From: Hemiscyllium ocellatum
Taxonomy: Eukaryota
Assembly: GCF_020745735.1 (NCBI RefSeq)
Contig: NW_026867677.1
Coordinates: 62,001-126,000 of the forward strand
DNA length: 64,000 nucleotides
Direction of reading: 5' to 3'
Both the position numbers and the translations under genes were made by a program. This document shows positions 48,587 through 61,489 of this stretch, piece after piece. The first letter of the stretch is position 1. Every line of letters starts with the position of its first letter. The notes under the pieces were generated by a model. It worked only from the letters and a program-made list of their open reading frames with translations. It made no database searches and was not told the origin of the DNA.

Positions 48587-48640
48587 TTTATAAAGCTGCA
48601 GCCTGTGAGAGTCTGACTGGGTGTTCCTCAGTATGTAAAT
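48587..48640 (-). promoter_or_regulatory. V promoter: TATA-like box and octamer variant
   Basis: TTTATAAA at 48587-48594. ATTTACAT at 48633-48640 (one mismatch to the light-chain octamer ATTTGCAT), ~110 nt upstream of the ATG. Confidence 0.7.
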
Positions 48641-48679
48641 GGCATCAGGCAGAGAGAGCCACGTCAGCCCCACACACTT

Positions 48680-48720
<41 letters not shown>

Positions 48721-49739
48721 AGAGTCATTGATGTGAACAACATTGAATGAGGCCATTTGGCCCATTGTGTCTGTGCTGGTAAACAGCGGTCTGATGACAC
48801 TAATCCCATCCTCCAGCTCTTGGCCCGTTACCCTGGAGGTTACAGCAACACAAGGGAATATCTAAACACTGCTCCAATGTCACGAGAGTTTGTGACTCAA
48901 CCAGCCTTTCAGGCAGTGAGTTCCAGACTCCCACCACCCTCTGGGTGAAAACATTTCTTCTCAACTCTCCTCTCACTCTCCAATTCTCCAACTCGCCTGG
49001 CCATGGACTCCCTCGTGTTCAGAACGATGAGAGGGGATCTGATTGAAACATATAAAATTGTAACAGGGCTGGGCAGGGAGGAGGTTTCCCCTGGTTGGGG
49101 AGTCTGGAACCAGGGGACACAGGCTCAGGGGGATAGAGGGTAGACCATTTAGGACTGAGATGAGGAAACATTTCTTCACTCAGAGGGTGGTCAACCTGTG
49201 GAATTCGCTACCACTGAAGGCTGTGGAGGACAAGGAACTGAATATATTCAAGAAAACAAGAGAGATAATTGTTTTGCATTTTAACAACTTGAAGAGAATG
49301 GGGAGAACGCAGGAATATGGCTTTGAGAGAGAGGATCAGCCATAGATCATAGAATGCCTACAGTGTGGAAACAGGCCATTTGGCCCGACAAGCCCACACT
49401 GACCCTCGAAGAAATTATGACATTCAAAAATTGATACAGCCATGATCATACTGAATGACAGAGCAGACTCAAAGGGCCGAATGGCCTACTGCTGCTCCAA
49501 GTTTCTACGTGTCCATGTCTGTGTTACCTTCAATCTCTGTACCAGGTTTTTAAGTCTTTTACTCATGTAAAAAGTGCCATCCTACCTACCCTGTCACTGT
49601 TCTGAATAATCTTATCCCTCTCTATCAGGTCCCTGTTAAGCCTTCACTGCTCAAAGCTCACATTCAGGCAGCATCCTGGGAAATCTCCCCTGTACCCTCT
49701 CAGGTACAATCACATTCTTCCCAGAGTGTGGTGACCAGG

Positions 49740-50410
49740 ACCTGTCCCTCTCTCTCTCTGACTCACATCTGCCATTTCTTTCTCTCTACCTCTACCTCTC
49801 TCTCCCACTGTTAATCTCTTTCATGTTCTCTCTCTGTCTCTCTCTCTCTCCCTCTCTCTCTCTCTCACACACACACTCTGTCTCATAGCCACTCTCTCCA
49901 ACTCACTGATGCTTTCTCACTCCATCTTATCATCTGTTTCTCCATCTCTCACTGTCTCTGTTACTCGCTCCCTCTCTCACTTCAATTAAAAGCCTCCAAT
50001 TGTTATCTGTCACTCTCTATTCCTCCCTCTTTCTCTCTCCTTCCCTCTCGACCTCCCAATTTACAGTCTCTCTCCCTCTCTCTCTCTGTCATTATAAATC
50101 TACCCATACTCATCTCTCTCTCACACTCAATCTTACCCTCCCTCTCAACTCTCTTCATGCTTAGTCTCACACCCATCCTGTCTCTCACTCTCTCTCTCTC
50201 CTTGTCTCTTTGTCTCTCTCCATCCCTCTCAGTCACACTGTCTCACATCTTGTTTCTCTCTCTATCCCTCAGCCTCACCATTTCTACCTCCCTCTAACTC
50301 TCTTGGTCCCCTCACATATCTTACACCATATCAGATGCTAGTCTCACTCTCACTCTCACACTATTTTTCACTCCATCTCTCTCTCTGCCTCACTGCTCTC
50401 TCTTTCTGAC
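49740..50410 (+). repeat. CT-rich low-complexity tract
   Basis: Imperfect (CT)n/(CA)n; a shorter (CT)n lies at ~48685-48716. Confidence 0.9.
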
Positions 50411-51099
50411 AGTGTCCTGGGTGGTGACAGTTGAATGCAGGATAAATCTCCCTCTACTCTGTCCCACTAATGGATGTTAACCCTTGACCCCTGTTTTGTC
50501 CTGGAGTAAGGCCCTATTTCCACATTGACCAGGGTTTGGCCTCTCTCAGGAAGATGGACAGATTCTGGTCAAATGAAGGGCTGTTCTGTGCTGTTGGCCT
50601 ATTCTCACTGGGGACTCATTTGGACACAAACCTCATTCCATGAAGGCCTAGCAGAGAGAGGAGATCCTCAGATCATCAGTGTGAGTTGGAGGGACAGGAC
50701 AGGCTCTGACCACTGACCCATCCTGTCCATTCACAACATGTTCCAATCCCTTCCCCTCTCCTTCCCCTTCCATGGTCAGTCTTTTCTGAAATGGAGTGTT
50801 CCCTTCCCTGTCTCACACCAAGGAGGAGATGAACAGATATTTAATGGGTAATGGGTTAAAGGATGATGGAGAGTGAGCAGGAAAGTGGAGTTGAGTCTGA
50901 GATGGGATCAGCCATGATTGTATTAAATGGTGGAGTGGGCTCGAGGGGCTGAATTGCCTGCTCCTGCTCCTAGTTCTTATGTTCCTCCATCCTCTCCCCC
51001 ATCCCTCTTACTGCAACTTTGTGAACATTCTTGGAATGTTTGGACATTGAAGGAGTTATGTGAATTCAGGATTTGTGTGGATTTAATGTGGGGACAGAA

Positions 51100-52900
51100 T
51101 TGCACACGGGCTGTGATAGCTCCTGTGGGTGAATATCCAACTGGCAGGCTTCCGCCTTCCATATACAAAATGGGGAAGTGGGGGAAGCCGGAATGTACTG
51201 CCGGGGTACACGGCACTGTCCTCTAGCAATGTGGTTGACTCTCTAGTGCCCTCTGAAATGGCCGAGCAAGGCTCTCAGTTGTATCAATTATGACAATGTT
51301 TCAAAAAGAAATGAGACCGGACGGACCACAGGCATCGATCTAGACACCGAAAAGACAATGACAGAAACAGCCCTGTCTACCCTGCTCCATCCTCCTTACT
51401 GACATCTGGGAGCTAGTGCCAAATTCAGGAGAGCTGTCTTACAGATGACTCAAGCAACAGCTTGACACAGTCATACTCACAGATTCATACCTTACAGACA
51501 ATGCCCCAGACACCACCATCACTGTCCCTGCATGTGTCCTGTCCCACCAGAAAGGCAGACCCAGCAGAGCTGATGACACAGTTGTCTACAGTCAGGAGGG
51601 AGTTACCCTGGGAAGTCTCAAAATTGGCTCTGGACCCCATGAAGACTAATGAAACTAAGTTAAACATGGGCGAGGAAACCTCCTGGTGATTACAAGATAT
51701 CTTGCTCCCTCGGCTGATGAATCAGTCTCTCCTGGATGTTGAACAACATTTGGAGGAAGCACTGAGGGTGATGACAGCAGAGAGTGTACTCTGGGTTTGG
51801 GGTTTCAATGTCCACCACTGAGAGTGGCTCGGCAGCAGCATTACTGATCGAGCTGGTTGGTTCCTCATGGATGTAGCTGAGGGACTGGCTCTGCAGCTGG
51901 AACCAAAAAGATGGAAAAAGATGCTTGACCCCATCCTCACCAATCTTGTGGCTGTAGGTGCATCTATCCTTGACAGTATTGGTAAGAGTGACCAGCACAC
52001 AGTCCTTGTGAAAACAAAGTCTGACCTTCACATTGAGAATCCCCTCCATTGTGTTGTGTGGTACTATCACCGTACTAAATAGGACAGACTCCGAACAGAT
52101 ATTGCAACTCAAGGCAAACTTGTAAATGGGGATGATTGCCAAAGATTGCATAATGCTCAGCACTCTTCTCAACTCCTCAGATACTGAAGCAGTCCACGTG
52201 CAAATGCAACAATATCTGGACAATATCCAGGTTTTGTCTGAGAAGTGACATTTCCCATTGGTGCCATGCAAATGCCAGCCAATCACCATCACCAATAAGA
52301 GACAAACTTAACATCGCCCCTTGACAATCAATGCTATTACCATCACTGAATCCCCACTATCAACATTCTTGAGGTGCCATTGACCAGAAACACAACTGGA
52401 TTCACCAAAGAAACACAGTGGTTACAAGAGCAAGTTAGAGGCTAGGAATACTGCATCGAGTAACTCACCTCCTGATCCCCCCAAAGTCTGTCAACCAAGT
52501 CAGGAGTGTGAGCAAATACTCCCCACTTGCCTGGACAGGTGCAGCTCCAACAACATTCATAGATTGATATTGTCACAGAGTCATACAGCACAGAAACAAA
52601 CCCTTAAGCCAAACTTCGACATGCTGACCAGGTTTTCTGAAGAGAATTCATCTGATTTGCCTGCATTTCACACATATCCCTTGAAACCTTTCCTATCTAT
52701 GTCGATTGTATCCTATGTCTTTCTTATCCACTCAAAAAGCTTGATACCATCCAGAGCAAAGCAAACTCCTTGATTGGCATCGCATTCTCAAAGCATCCAA
52801 ACTCACCATCACTGACGCTCCATAGCAGCAGTGTGTATTATCGATAAGATGCACTGCAGAAATTCATCACTGATCTTCAGATAGCACCTTCCAAACCCAT
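51100..52900 (+). mobile_element. Decayed non-LTR LINE (APE endonuclease to 3' pieces)
   Basis: DTVILTDSYLTDNAPDTTITVP, LNVEQHLEEALRV and VLWVWGFNVH endonuclease motifs with internal deletions. Confidence 0.75.
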
Positions 52901-52902
52901 GG

Positions 52903-53090
52903 ACAAAAATAGAAATTGTGGGAAAAGCTCAGCAGGTCAGGCAGCATCTTGGAGTGAAATCAAAAATATCATTACAGGTTTAGCATGAAATATTAACTCT
53001 GATTTCTCTTCACAGATGCTGCCAGACCTGCTGAGCTTTTCCAGCACTTTCTATTTTTGTCTCGGATTTACAGCATCTGCAGTTCTTTTA
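52903..53090. mobile_element. Older palindromic PLE-derived element with degenerate centre
   Basis: Arms gacaaaaatagaaa..gaaaagctcagcaggtc.ggcagcatct / agatgctgcc.gacctgctgagcttttcc..tttctatttttgtc. Confidence 0.65.
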
Positions 53091-53859
53091 GTTTCCCTCC
53101 AAACCCACGTTCACTTCCATTTAGAACAAGAGCAGCAGATACATGGGAACACTGTGAGCTGCAAGTTCCCCTCAAAAAAGCTTAGCATCCGGACTTGGAA
53201 ATATGTCGCTGATCCCTCAGCTTTGCTGGGTTAAAATGCTGGCATTGTGGGTCAACTTACAGCTTGTGGACGATAACAATTCAGGATGGCAGCTTCCCAT
53301 CACCTACTCCAGGGCAACTAGGCTCAGCCAGTGAAGCCCCTTCCCACAAGTGAATATGCAAAACCAAATGAAGTGTTCCTCAGGAGGGGAGAGGGAATGT
53401 TCAGGGTCCTGAGCTCCATTTCCCAGCCCAGGCAGTTTGTTTCGCAATGAATGAATGAGATGCCAATTTGAAGCCCAGGTTCAGGGCAGTCTCACTCTGT
53501 GGACATGAGGTCTATAGAGGGAATTGGAGATTGAGCTATAAAGGAAAGATTTTCTGGGTTACAGGGAGAGAGGGGGGAAGCAGTGGGACTAACTGAGTCA
53601 TTCAAAGGCTTGATGGGCTGAATGGCCTCCTCCTGTGCTGTCAGATTCCAGAGAGTGCAGATGGTTGACAGTTTTCTCCCGTCTCAGTAACAAGCATCCA
53701 GCTGCTCCGAGCTCCTTCTTTCACTTCCTCTCTTGGTGAAGTTTCAACGTTGCGATCTGACAATCTTTGCAGTTATTTGTTACACTGGGGCTTTCTGCTG
53801 TGGTCAGAATCTCTAATAATAAGTGCCCAATCAGTGACAATCACAGCAGCTCAGAGCAG

Positions 53860-54310
53860 TCAGGCTCACTGGGAAACACATAGGGAAGATCACAACCATC
53901 CTCTTCAGTTCCCGGTACAAACTCCATCCCTCTCTCTGAGCACTGTCTGCAGCTCAACCAGACTCTTTACAACTTTGGCCTCATCTTTGGGGCTGATTTG
54001 AGGCCCAAATCCTCCACATCACAATTATCAGCCACTGAAAATCTCAACCATGTTTTTGTGACCATTCCAATGTTATCCAGGCCCACATCACAGCTACTGA
54101 TTTCTGTAAACATCACCTCATCCCAAACTCTGCTGTCTGTGTTCAAACTCATACCAAGTCCACCCCACACCCCTGCCCACGCCTCCCCACCCCACCATAA
54201 CCACCACAATCCTCACTGACTGACATCAGCTCTTGGTCCAGCAACACCTCGATTTTTAAATTCTCATCCTTGTTCTCAATCTGCTCCCTGTTGTTCCACC
54301 CTCCCTATCT
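53860..54310 (+). mobile_element. L2-like LINE 3' ORF2 fragment
   Basis: Decayed ILFSSRYKL..LQLNQTLYNFGLIFGA..FEAQI segment resembling the L2 post-RT region. Confidence 0.5.
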
Positions 54311-55639
54311 CTGTGACCTCCTCCAAGCTGCCTCACTCAGTGTGATCAATAATCTTGGATATATGGCTCTCTGTTTCTTCATCCAAGTCATTGAGAAATA
54401 TCGTGAAAAGCTGAGGTCCCAGCACAGATCCCTGGGAATACCACTACTCACATCTGGCTCATTGGAACACACGCACATTATCCTTCCTCTCTGTCTCCTA
54501 GACAGACCCATTCCTGACCCAAGGTAAATGCATTTCTCAAATTCCATCCAATTCCATGATTTGGAGATGCCGGTGTCGATCTGTCGTGTAAATGTTAAAA
54601 ATCACAGAACACCAGGTTCTAATGGAACAGGTTTGTTTGGAAGCATCAGCGTTTGGAGCGCTGCTCCTTCATCAGATGGTTGTGGAGTGTAAGATCTGAA
54701 TCAATGTTTCTTTTGTGGAACATTTTTAAATATCTTTTGGAATTCCCTATAGACAATAGCCATCGACATTCCCTTATATCCCACATTAGTGAGCTCCTAA
54801 CAAAGTGTAACCCGGTTAGTTCAAGATGTCTGAACCTTTGTCAATCCATGCTGATTCTCTCGGACCAGTTCATATTTGTCCGTTATTCTGTCTCTAAAAA
54901 CAGACTCAATCACTTCCTGACAACAGACATTCAATGGAGATGCTCATTGTGATTGAGGCTCGTAAACAGCTAGCACTGACACGAGGGGCTGAACAGCCTC
55001 CTCCTGTGCTGGCACCTTCTCTGTCTCCTGGACAGAAGTATTTTACAGATTAAAAACTAAAGACCAGCAGCAAATTTTAAAACATAAATTAAAAAATCCT
55101 CAAATAATTTCCACATACAGGGCCAGGCGATGTGTAGTAATTGTACGATGGGGAAGCTGGTGGAGCCCATTGTAGCTCAGAGTGACCACATCAAGTGATG
55201 GCCAGAGATGTCCATTTCCTATGAATGAATGAAGGAAACCACTGCACCATGGTCCAGGAGGCCACTCAGATTGGGGGAGCACAAAGAAAAGAGGGGTCTT
55301 GATAATGAAGGGAACTGATAGCATCCTTTGTGAGCAGGATTGAGAGCCCCACATGGTGTGTTGCCTGCCTGGTTTTTAAGGTAAAGGCACCTCGAGCCAT
55401 CTTTTAATTATAACAGACTTGGGGGGGGGGGGGGGGGTTGCGGTGGGGGTTGAGGATCCAGTTGTTGTTGTCTGTGTCGGGACCAACAACATCAGCAAAA
55501 ATCGGCAAAAGGTCCTATTTGGACAATATCAGGAAAGCTATCAGAAGGATATTGATTAAACGGATGGAGAGAAATAAGAAAGAGGTGAGTACAGCATCAG
55601 TGCTGAGGAACAGATTCCAGTGAATGGACCAAATACGAG

Positions 55640-57830
55640 TCCTACATATGAATGCATGGAGCGTAAGGAATAAATACAATAATCTGCAGGCACAAATTCA
55701 AATTTAAGATTGTGGTATCGGATCAATTACTGAGCCATAGTTGCAGAATCATTCAGATTGGGAACGATATCTATCGGGTTAGAAGGTTCACAGGGTGGAT
55801 ATGGGGAAATGGCAGAAGAGGTGGAGCAGCTTCATTGATGAGGGAAAAAATGGCTTCAATGGTGAGGGAGGTCATAATGAGGAGAAAACATTCAGTGGGA
55901 CTGAGGAGCAGGAAAGGATCTAAAACTGTAGTAGATGTTGGATACAGACCCCCCTGACAGCAGCTCTGAGGTGCTGGATTATATATATATAGACATTAGA
56001 CAAGTGTGTAGCAAAGCCAGTGTATTATTAATGGGGAAGTTTAACTTTAACTTAGATTGGGAGACAGACAAGCCCTCTGTCAGAAAGGTAGTGAATTGCT
56101 GCTGTGTGTCCAGAATAGTTTCCAACAGCAATAGGTCCTGGATACAACAAGGGGACAAGCAATATTGGAATTAGTCATGAATAATGAGATAGATTTAGTT
56201 CGTAACTATTTGTGCATGAATATTTATCAAATAGTGATCATAACATGATCTAGTTCAGTGTCGCATTTGAAAGTAAAAAGCATGAATCAGCTGCTAGAGT
56301 TTGAGATTAAGGTAAGGGCCGACTTTAACGAGATGAGACAGAGACTGTCCACAGTAAACTGGGAAAATCTGCTTTTGGGTAAAACAATTGAAGAACAGTG
56401 GGGAATATTTAAAGGAACATTCAACACAAAACAAAGCCAGTTTATACCTGAGAGGGAAAAGCGAACAAACAACAATGGTCAATTAAAGAGATAAGGGAAA
56501 GAATAAAATGTTAAAAAAAAGGCTTACAGAAAAGCAAAAAATAAGGTCAGATTCCGCTGAATGGGATGGATACAAAAGGGCCACATGTCAACTTCGAAGA
56601 GCTACCAAAAGTGATTCTGAAAGGAAACATGTAAGGGATAACAAAATCAATCAGGAGAAATGTTACAGTTCCATAAAAGGGAAGCTGGGAGGTCAGGAGC
56701 AATATTGGCCGTTAAAGACTGAAAGTGACAATGGGGAAATGACAGTCATGTTAAATAAATACTTTACCTCAAGATTTGCAGTAGAAAAGGAAGAGGACTT
56801 GCCTGAAGTCCAAAAGGAATTAACAGAGGATCTGTGTCAGGGACTGATTAGATTCCCTGCAGTGTGCAAACATGCCTTTTGGCCCAACCAGTCCACACCG
56901 ACCCTCCGAAGAGTAACCCACCCAGACCCATTTTCCCTCTGACTAATGCACCTAACACTATGGAAATTTAGTATGGCCAATTCACCTGAGCTGCACATCT
57001 TTGGATAGTAGGAGGAAACCCATGCAGACAATGTGCAAACTCCACACAGGCAGTTGCCCAAGGCTGGAATTGAACCTGGGACTCTGTGCTGTGAGGCAGC
57101 AGTGCTAACCACTGTGTCACCTAAATAAAGTTAATGTCAATATAACATGTGTAATAAGGAAAATAATGGAACTAAAGAGTGACAAATCCTCAGGACCTGA
57201 GGGTGATAAAGTAGTAATAGACCACATTGCAGACACCCTGACTATAATCTTTCAGAGTTACCTGGATTCAGGAGTCGTACCTCTGAATTGGAAAATTGCA
57301 AATTTCATTTCACATTTAACAAGGATGTTAGAGAAAAGCCAGGGAATTACAGGTCACTAAGCCAACGTTTGTGGTGTGGAAATTGTTGTAGTCTATAATC
57401 AAGGATGGGGGTAACTGCAGACCTTGAAAATGGTCAGTTAATCAGGGAGAATCAGCATGGATTCATGACAAGTTGGTCATGGTGAAAAATCTCATTGAAC
57501 ATTTTTGAAGAGGAAACAAAATTACTGGGCACAGTAATGTCAATGGATGTTGTTTATAGGGACTTCCAGAAGGCATTTGATAAAATCCCATGTAAGAAAC
57601 TGTTCAACTCAGTTAGAAATCCACAGAATTGAGGCTAAAATACTGCCATACCGAAATTGGTTGAGTGACAGGTGACAGAAAATAGGGATCATGGATAAGC
57701 GCTGAAATTGGCAGGATGTGACCAGTGGTGTCCAATAGGAATGTGTGCGCATTCCTCAATTATTTATATTATTTATTAATGCACTGGATAATGACATAGA
57801 AAGTCAGATACTCTAGTTTGCTAACGACAC
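55640..57830 (+). mobile_element. Decayed CR1 LINE ORF2 (EN + RT)
   Basis: VLHMNAWSVRNK, GYRPPDSS, SDHNMI and DFQKAFDKIP motifs; interrupted by an HE1 SINE. Confidence 0.85.
56845..57122 (-). mobile_element. HE1-like V-SINE inserted in CR1
   Basis: Minus strand ggtgacacagtggttagcactgctgcctcacagc..ggttcaattcc, V-domain and tail. Confidence 0.85.
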
Positions 57831-59569
57831 AAAGTTAGGCAGCTTTGTAGGTAGTGTTCATAGAGTCAGAGAGTCAGCATTCATCCAGTGCAATCTTTAA
57901 CAGAGTATAATTTATCTGTGACATAGAACTCCTTGACTCCATCTCCCTCTCTCTCACTCTCTCTCCACACCCCTCTCTAACTCAGCTGCATAGATCTCAC
58001 TCTGAGTTCCATCCCTCTTTCTCTGTCCAAGGTCTAGCCCCCTCTCTTTTAGTGCTCTATCTCTCTCTCTATATCTATCTATCTATCTCTCTCTCTCTCT
58101 CTCTCTCCCTGTGCTCCATCTCTTGCTCTCTAAGCCGTATCCCTCCCTCCATTGCAGCTGCTGGGAGTTCGATCTGAGCCAATGCCAGTGAATCCCATGG
58201 AGAATAATGACGGGATATTTGGAGTGTGAGTTTGATGATGTAAATGTGAACCATTGCAGCAAAGACATTACAGATGGTTTGTACAGACAGCAAAGCCCAA
58301 ACCAGAGCATTGTGTCAATCAACATAGAACTAATGAAAGCTTCAATAGAAATAATTATTAATGTGATTCTCAGAGATATCATTATTCTAGTTACAAATGG
58401 CTATTTCTCAGTGAAGGTCCATCCTGCTGAATGTTAGATACAGCTGGGCTTTGAAGAAATATTGGGCAGATGGAGTGTAATGTGGGGGAGTGTGACCTTG
58501 TTCACTTTCACAATAATCATTCAAATGTGACTGGAGAGTTGTTAAGTCCACAGAGCAAAACTTGCCATTGGGTATAATCCATTAGGTGTGATAAATACAG
58601 AAACTCGCTTAGTTCTAGTTATCAGTGAGTTCTTGTCAACATCCTTTGAACAAATCAATTTTATACAAGAATGATTTTCTACAAACCCTCTCTATGCAAC
58701 CTTCTCAGGTGGGAATAGGGAATGAATCTGGTTTTGTGACGCGACTCACATTCCTCAAGTCTATACAGAATTAAATTGAACAGTTTGGTTCAGGAGCCAA
58801 TACTACAGGAGAACTCCAATTACTCTGATATGGTTCAATCAGCTGATTCTCCAACATGGAAGCCCTCTGTTCCATTGCCAGTTTTGGTTGGTTTTTGCTT
58901 TATTTTGTCTGAATTACCAAATTCATATTATATTTGAATCACGTGGTAGATCTAAGTGTATCAATACAAGTCCACAAGATAAAGGAGCAGAATTGGGCCA
59001 TTTGGCCCATCATGTCTGGTCATTTACAGTTGATAATGTTCCTCAGCCCTCTTCCCTTTTCCCTGTAAATCTTGATCCCTTGACCAATCATGAGCCAATC
59101 TGTCTCTTTCTTCAATACACTCAATGAATTGGCCTCCAAGGCCCTCTGCAGTTCCACAGATTAATGACACTCTGGCTGAAGAAATTGCTTCTCAGCTCAG
59201 TTCGAAAGATCGTCTCTTCACTCTGAGGCTGTGCCCTCGGGTCTCCAACTCTCCTATTATTAGAAACATCCCCTCCATGTCCACTCTATCCAGGCCACCC
59301 TGTATTCTCTAAGTTTCAATGACATTCCCTCTCATCTTTCTAAACTCCATCAAGCACAGAACCAAAGTCCTCAACGAAACCTCATACAAACATCTTTGTA
59401 TTGTCTGAGCAGCCTCACTAAATCTACCTGTTGATCTTTCTCCAGATACAAAAATACAGTGTCTGAAGTCTCAAATATCTCTGAATTTGTTCATCTAATA
59501 ACAGGAAGTTTCCTTTGGGAAGTGTCCAGGTCTTTTTTGATCTCAAGCTTTTTCTGATCCCCTCCTCTA

Positions 59570-61420
59570 TTATACTCACTACTTGACAAACTTGTACATG
59601 ACGGGATGGTTCCTCAAAAACTGGGAGAGGAATTAAGGATGCTGGTTTTGCATTGAGGTTTACCTATAACTTGACAAGTAAGACACGTTTTATAAAACTG
59701 CACCACATCTTTATCCAATTGTGGCTCAGTAAAATATTTGTTTCTGGATGCCTGTGTTTTCCAAATCCCCATGTGACCTGCCATGGGAGTCGCATGTGCT
59801 CCTTGTACTATCTCCCTATGATAGCTGGGTGGGACCACTAGCCAATGTCTAACTGACCATTCTTCTGGGGGTCTATGAGGGGGTCTCCACTTCCTCATCA
59901 GCGCTCCATTCTGAACACAATAACACTCTGAAACTCCTTCAGCCTCGACCTCAGTATGAGTTGACTGTGCTCATTTATCTCAGTCAGGATCTGCTTTTTG
60001 GATCTGTTGTAATTAGGGACATCATACCAACCACTCCACCTGGATTATCTTCACCCTTTCGGAAAGTTTCAGCGATCCTTTCACTTGCTGTGATGTCACA
60101 CCAACCCTTATTGATGGATTTTGTTTAACCATTGCCCTGGTTACCTCACACGAAGGAGAGAGACCAGGAACCTGTTCCTGTCATTGTTCTGTTTCTTGGC
60201 CTTCCTTTGGACATTCTGTAATTATCGGGGAAGCTACTGCCTTTAGTCCTGACAAATCATGCCCCAGAAGGAAATCGACTCCCTCAACAGGGAATGTTTT
60301 CCCATTCCGACAATTACTTCTCCTGATAACAAATCACATTCCAGTTGTACTGTATACAATGGAAGTGGAATATATTCTCCACCAATTCCATTGATGAATA
60401 CCTTAGCTCTGGAGGGTAATTAGTTCTTTCTCCAGTAAAAGTGACTGTGTTGCTCCTGTATCTCTCAGTTTGGTTCTGGGTTTAGCTGAAGTAAAGGAGT
60501 CACCATTCCTTTTGATAAAAGTCCTATCCACCTCTCATCTACCTGACAACCTCCTTTACTAATGACAAAATTCAGCTCCGGCCTTTTTGTTATAGTGACA
60601 GCTACAACCTGCTCTGTGGGATTATCTGTCTGTGTTCCCTTCTCTGACTCATTTTACTAACTCCCATTAATCCCATGGGTTTACCTCAACTTCCAACATT
60701 CCAAACATACATGGCCCACCTTATTCCAAGAGAAACATTTCAGCTTCTGATCATCACTTCCACCCTCAGCAATTTCCTTCTTAATCTGAGGAGGAGTTCT
60801 CGGGCTGTTCCCTCCTGTCCATTCTCTCCCCTGGCTATCTACCTTCCTTAGACTCTCCCAATTTTTATTTTTCTCCCATTTCTGGGCCTGATGGGAAAAA
60901 GGTTTCTGGATCGGTCTCCCATCAGGTGACTTCTCCACCTCCTGATGCTGCTTGACTTGTTGTGCTCTTCCAGCCTCCTGTTTGTCTACTTTGGATTCCA
61001 GCATCTGCAAGGTTTTGGTTTTAACAAAGTCTATGATCATTAGCCATTCTAGCTGCTTGTCTTACTGTCGTTCCCCTTTGGTCTTTTACGTGAATTCTGA
61101 TTTTAGAAGGGAATGAAGTTGTAAATTCTTCTCAAAGGATAACTTCTCTGAGAGCATTGTAAGTATTCTCAGCTGTTAATGCTCTTATCCACCTGTCAAC
61201 ATTATTTTGTTGAACTCTCTTAAACTCAGTAGAGGTTTGTCCAGGCTGTTTGTGTAAGTTCTGAAACATCTGTCTGTATGTTTCTGGAGCCAACTCATAT
61301 GTGCTTAGAATAGCCATTTTCACCACCTCGTGATCCCGAGAACATTCCTCTGACAGGGATGTAGAAACCTCTTGTGCTTCCCAAGTTCATTTTTGCATGG
61401 GCAAGGTCCAACCTGTTTTT
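59570..61420 (-). mobile_element. Gypsy-type LTR retrotransposon remnant, Gmr1-like domain order
   Basis: Gag (ILSTYELAPETYRQMFQNL), zinc knuckle (KCFSWNKVGHVCLEC), protease (LRDTGATQSLL), then directly the integrase HHCC region (LVVPPSYHREIVQGAHATPMAGHMG..CLTCQ). Confidence 0.8.
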
Positions 61421-61489
61421 CCCACCTCACTTGTGTTGCTATCTTCTGAAACAACATGAAAAATGCTTCCACATCCTTCTCTTCATTGT

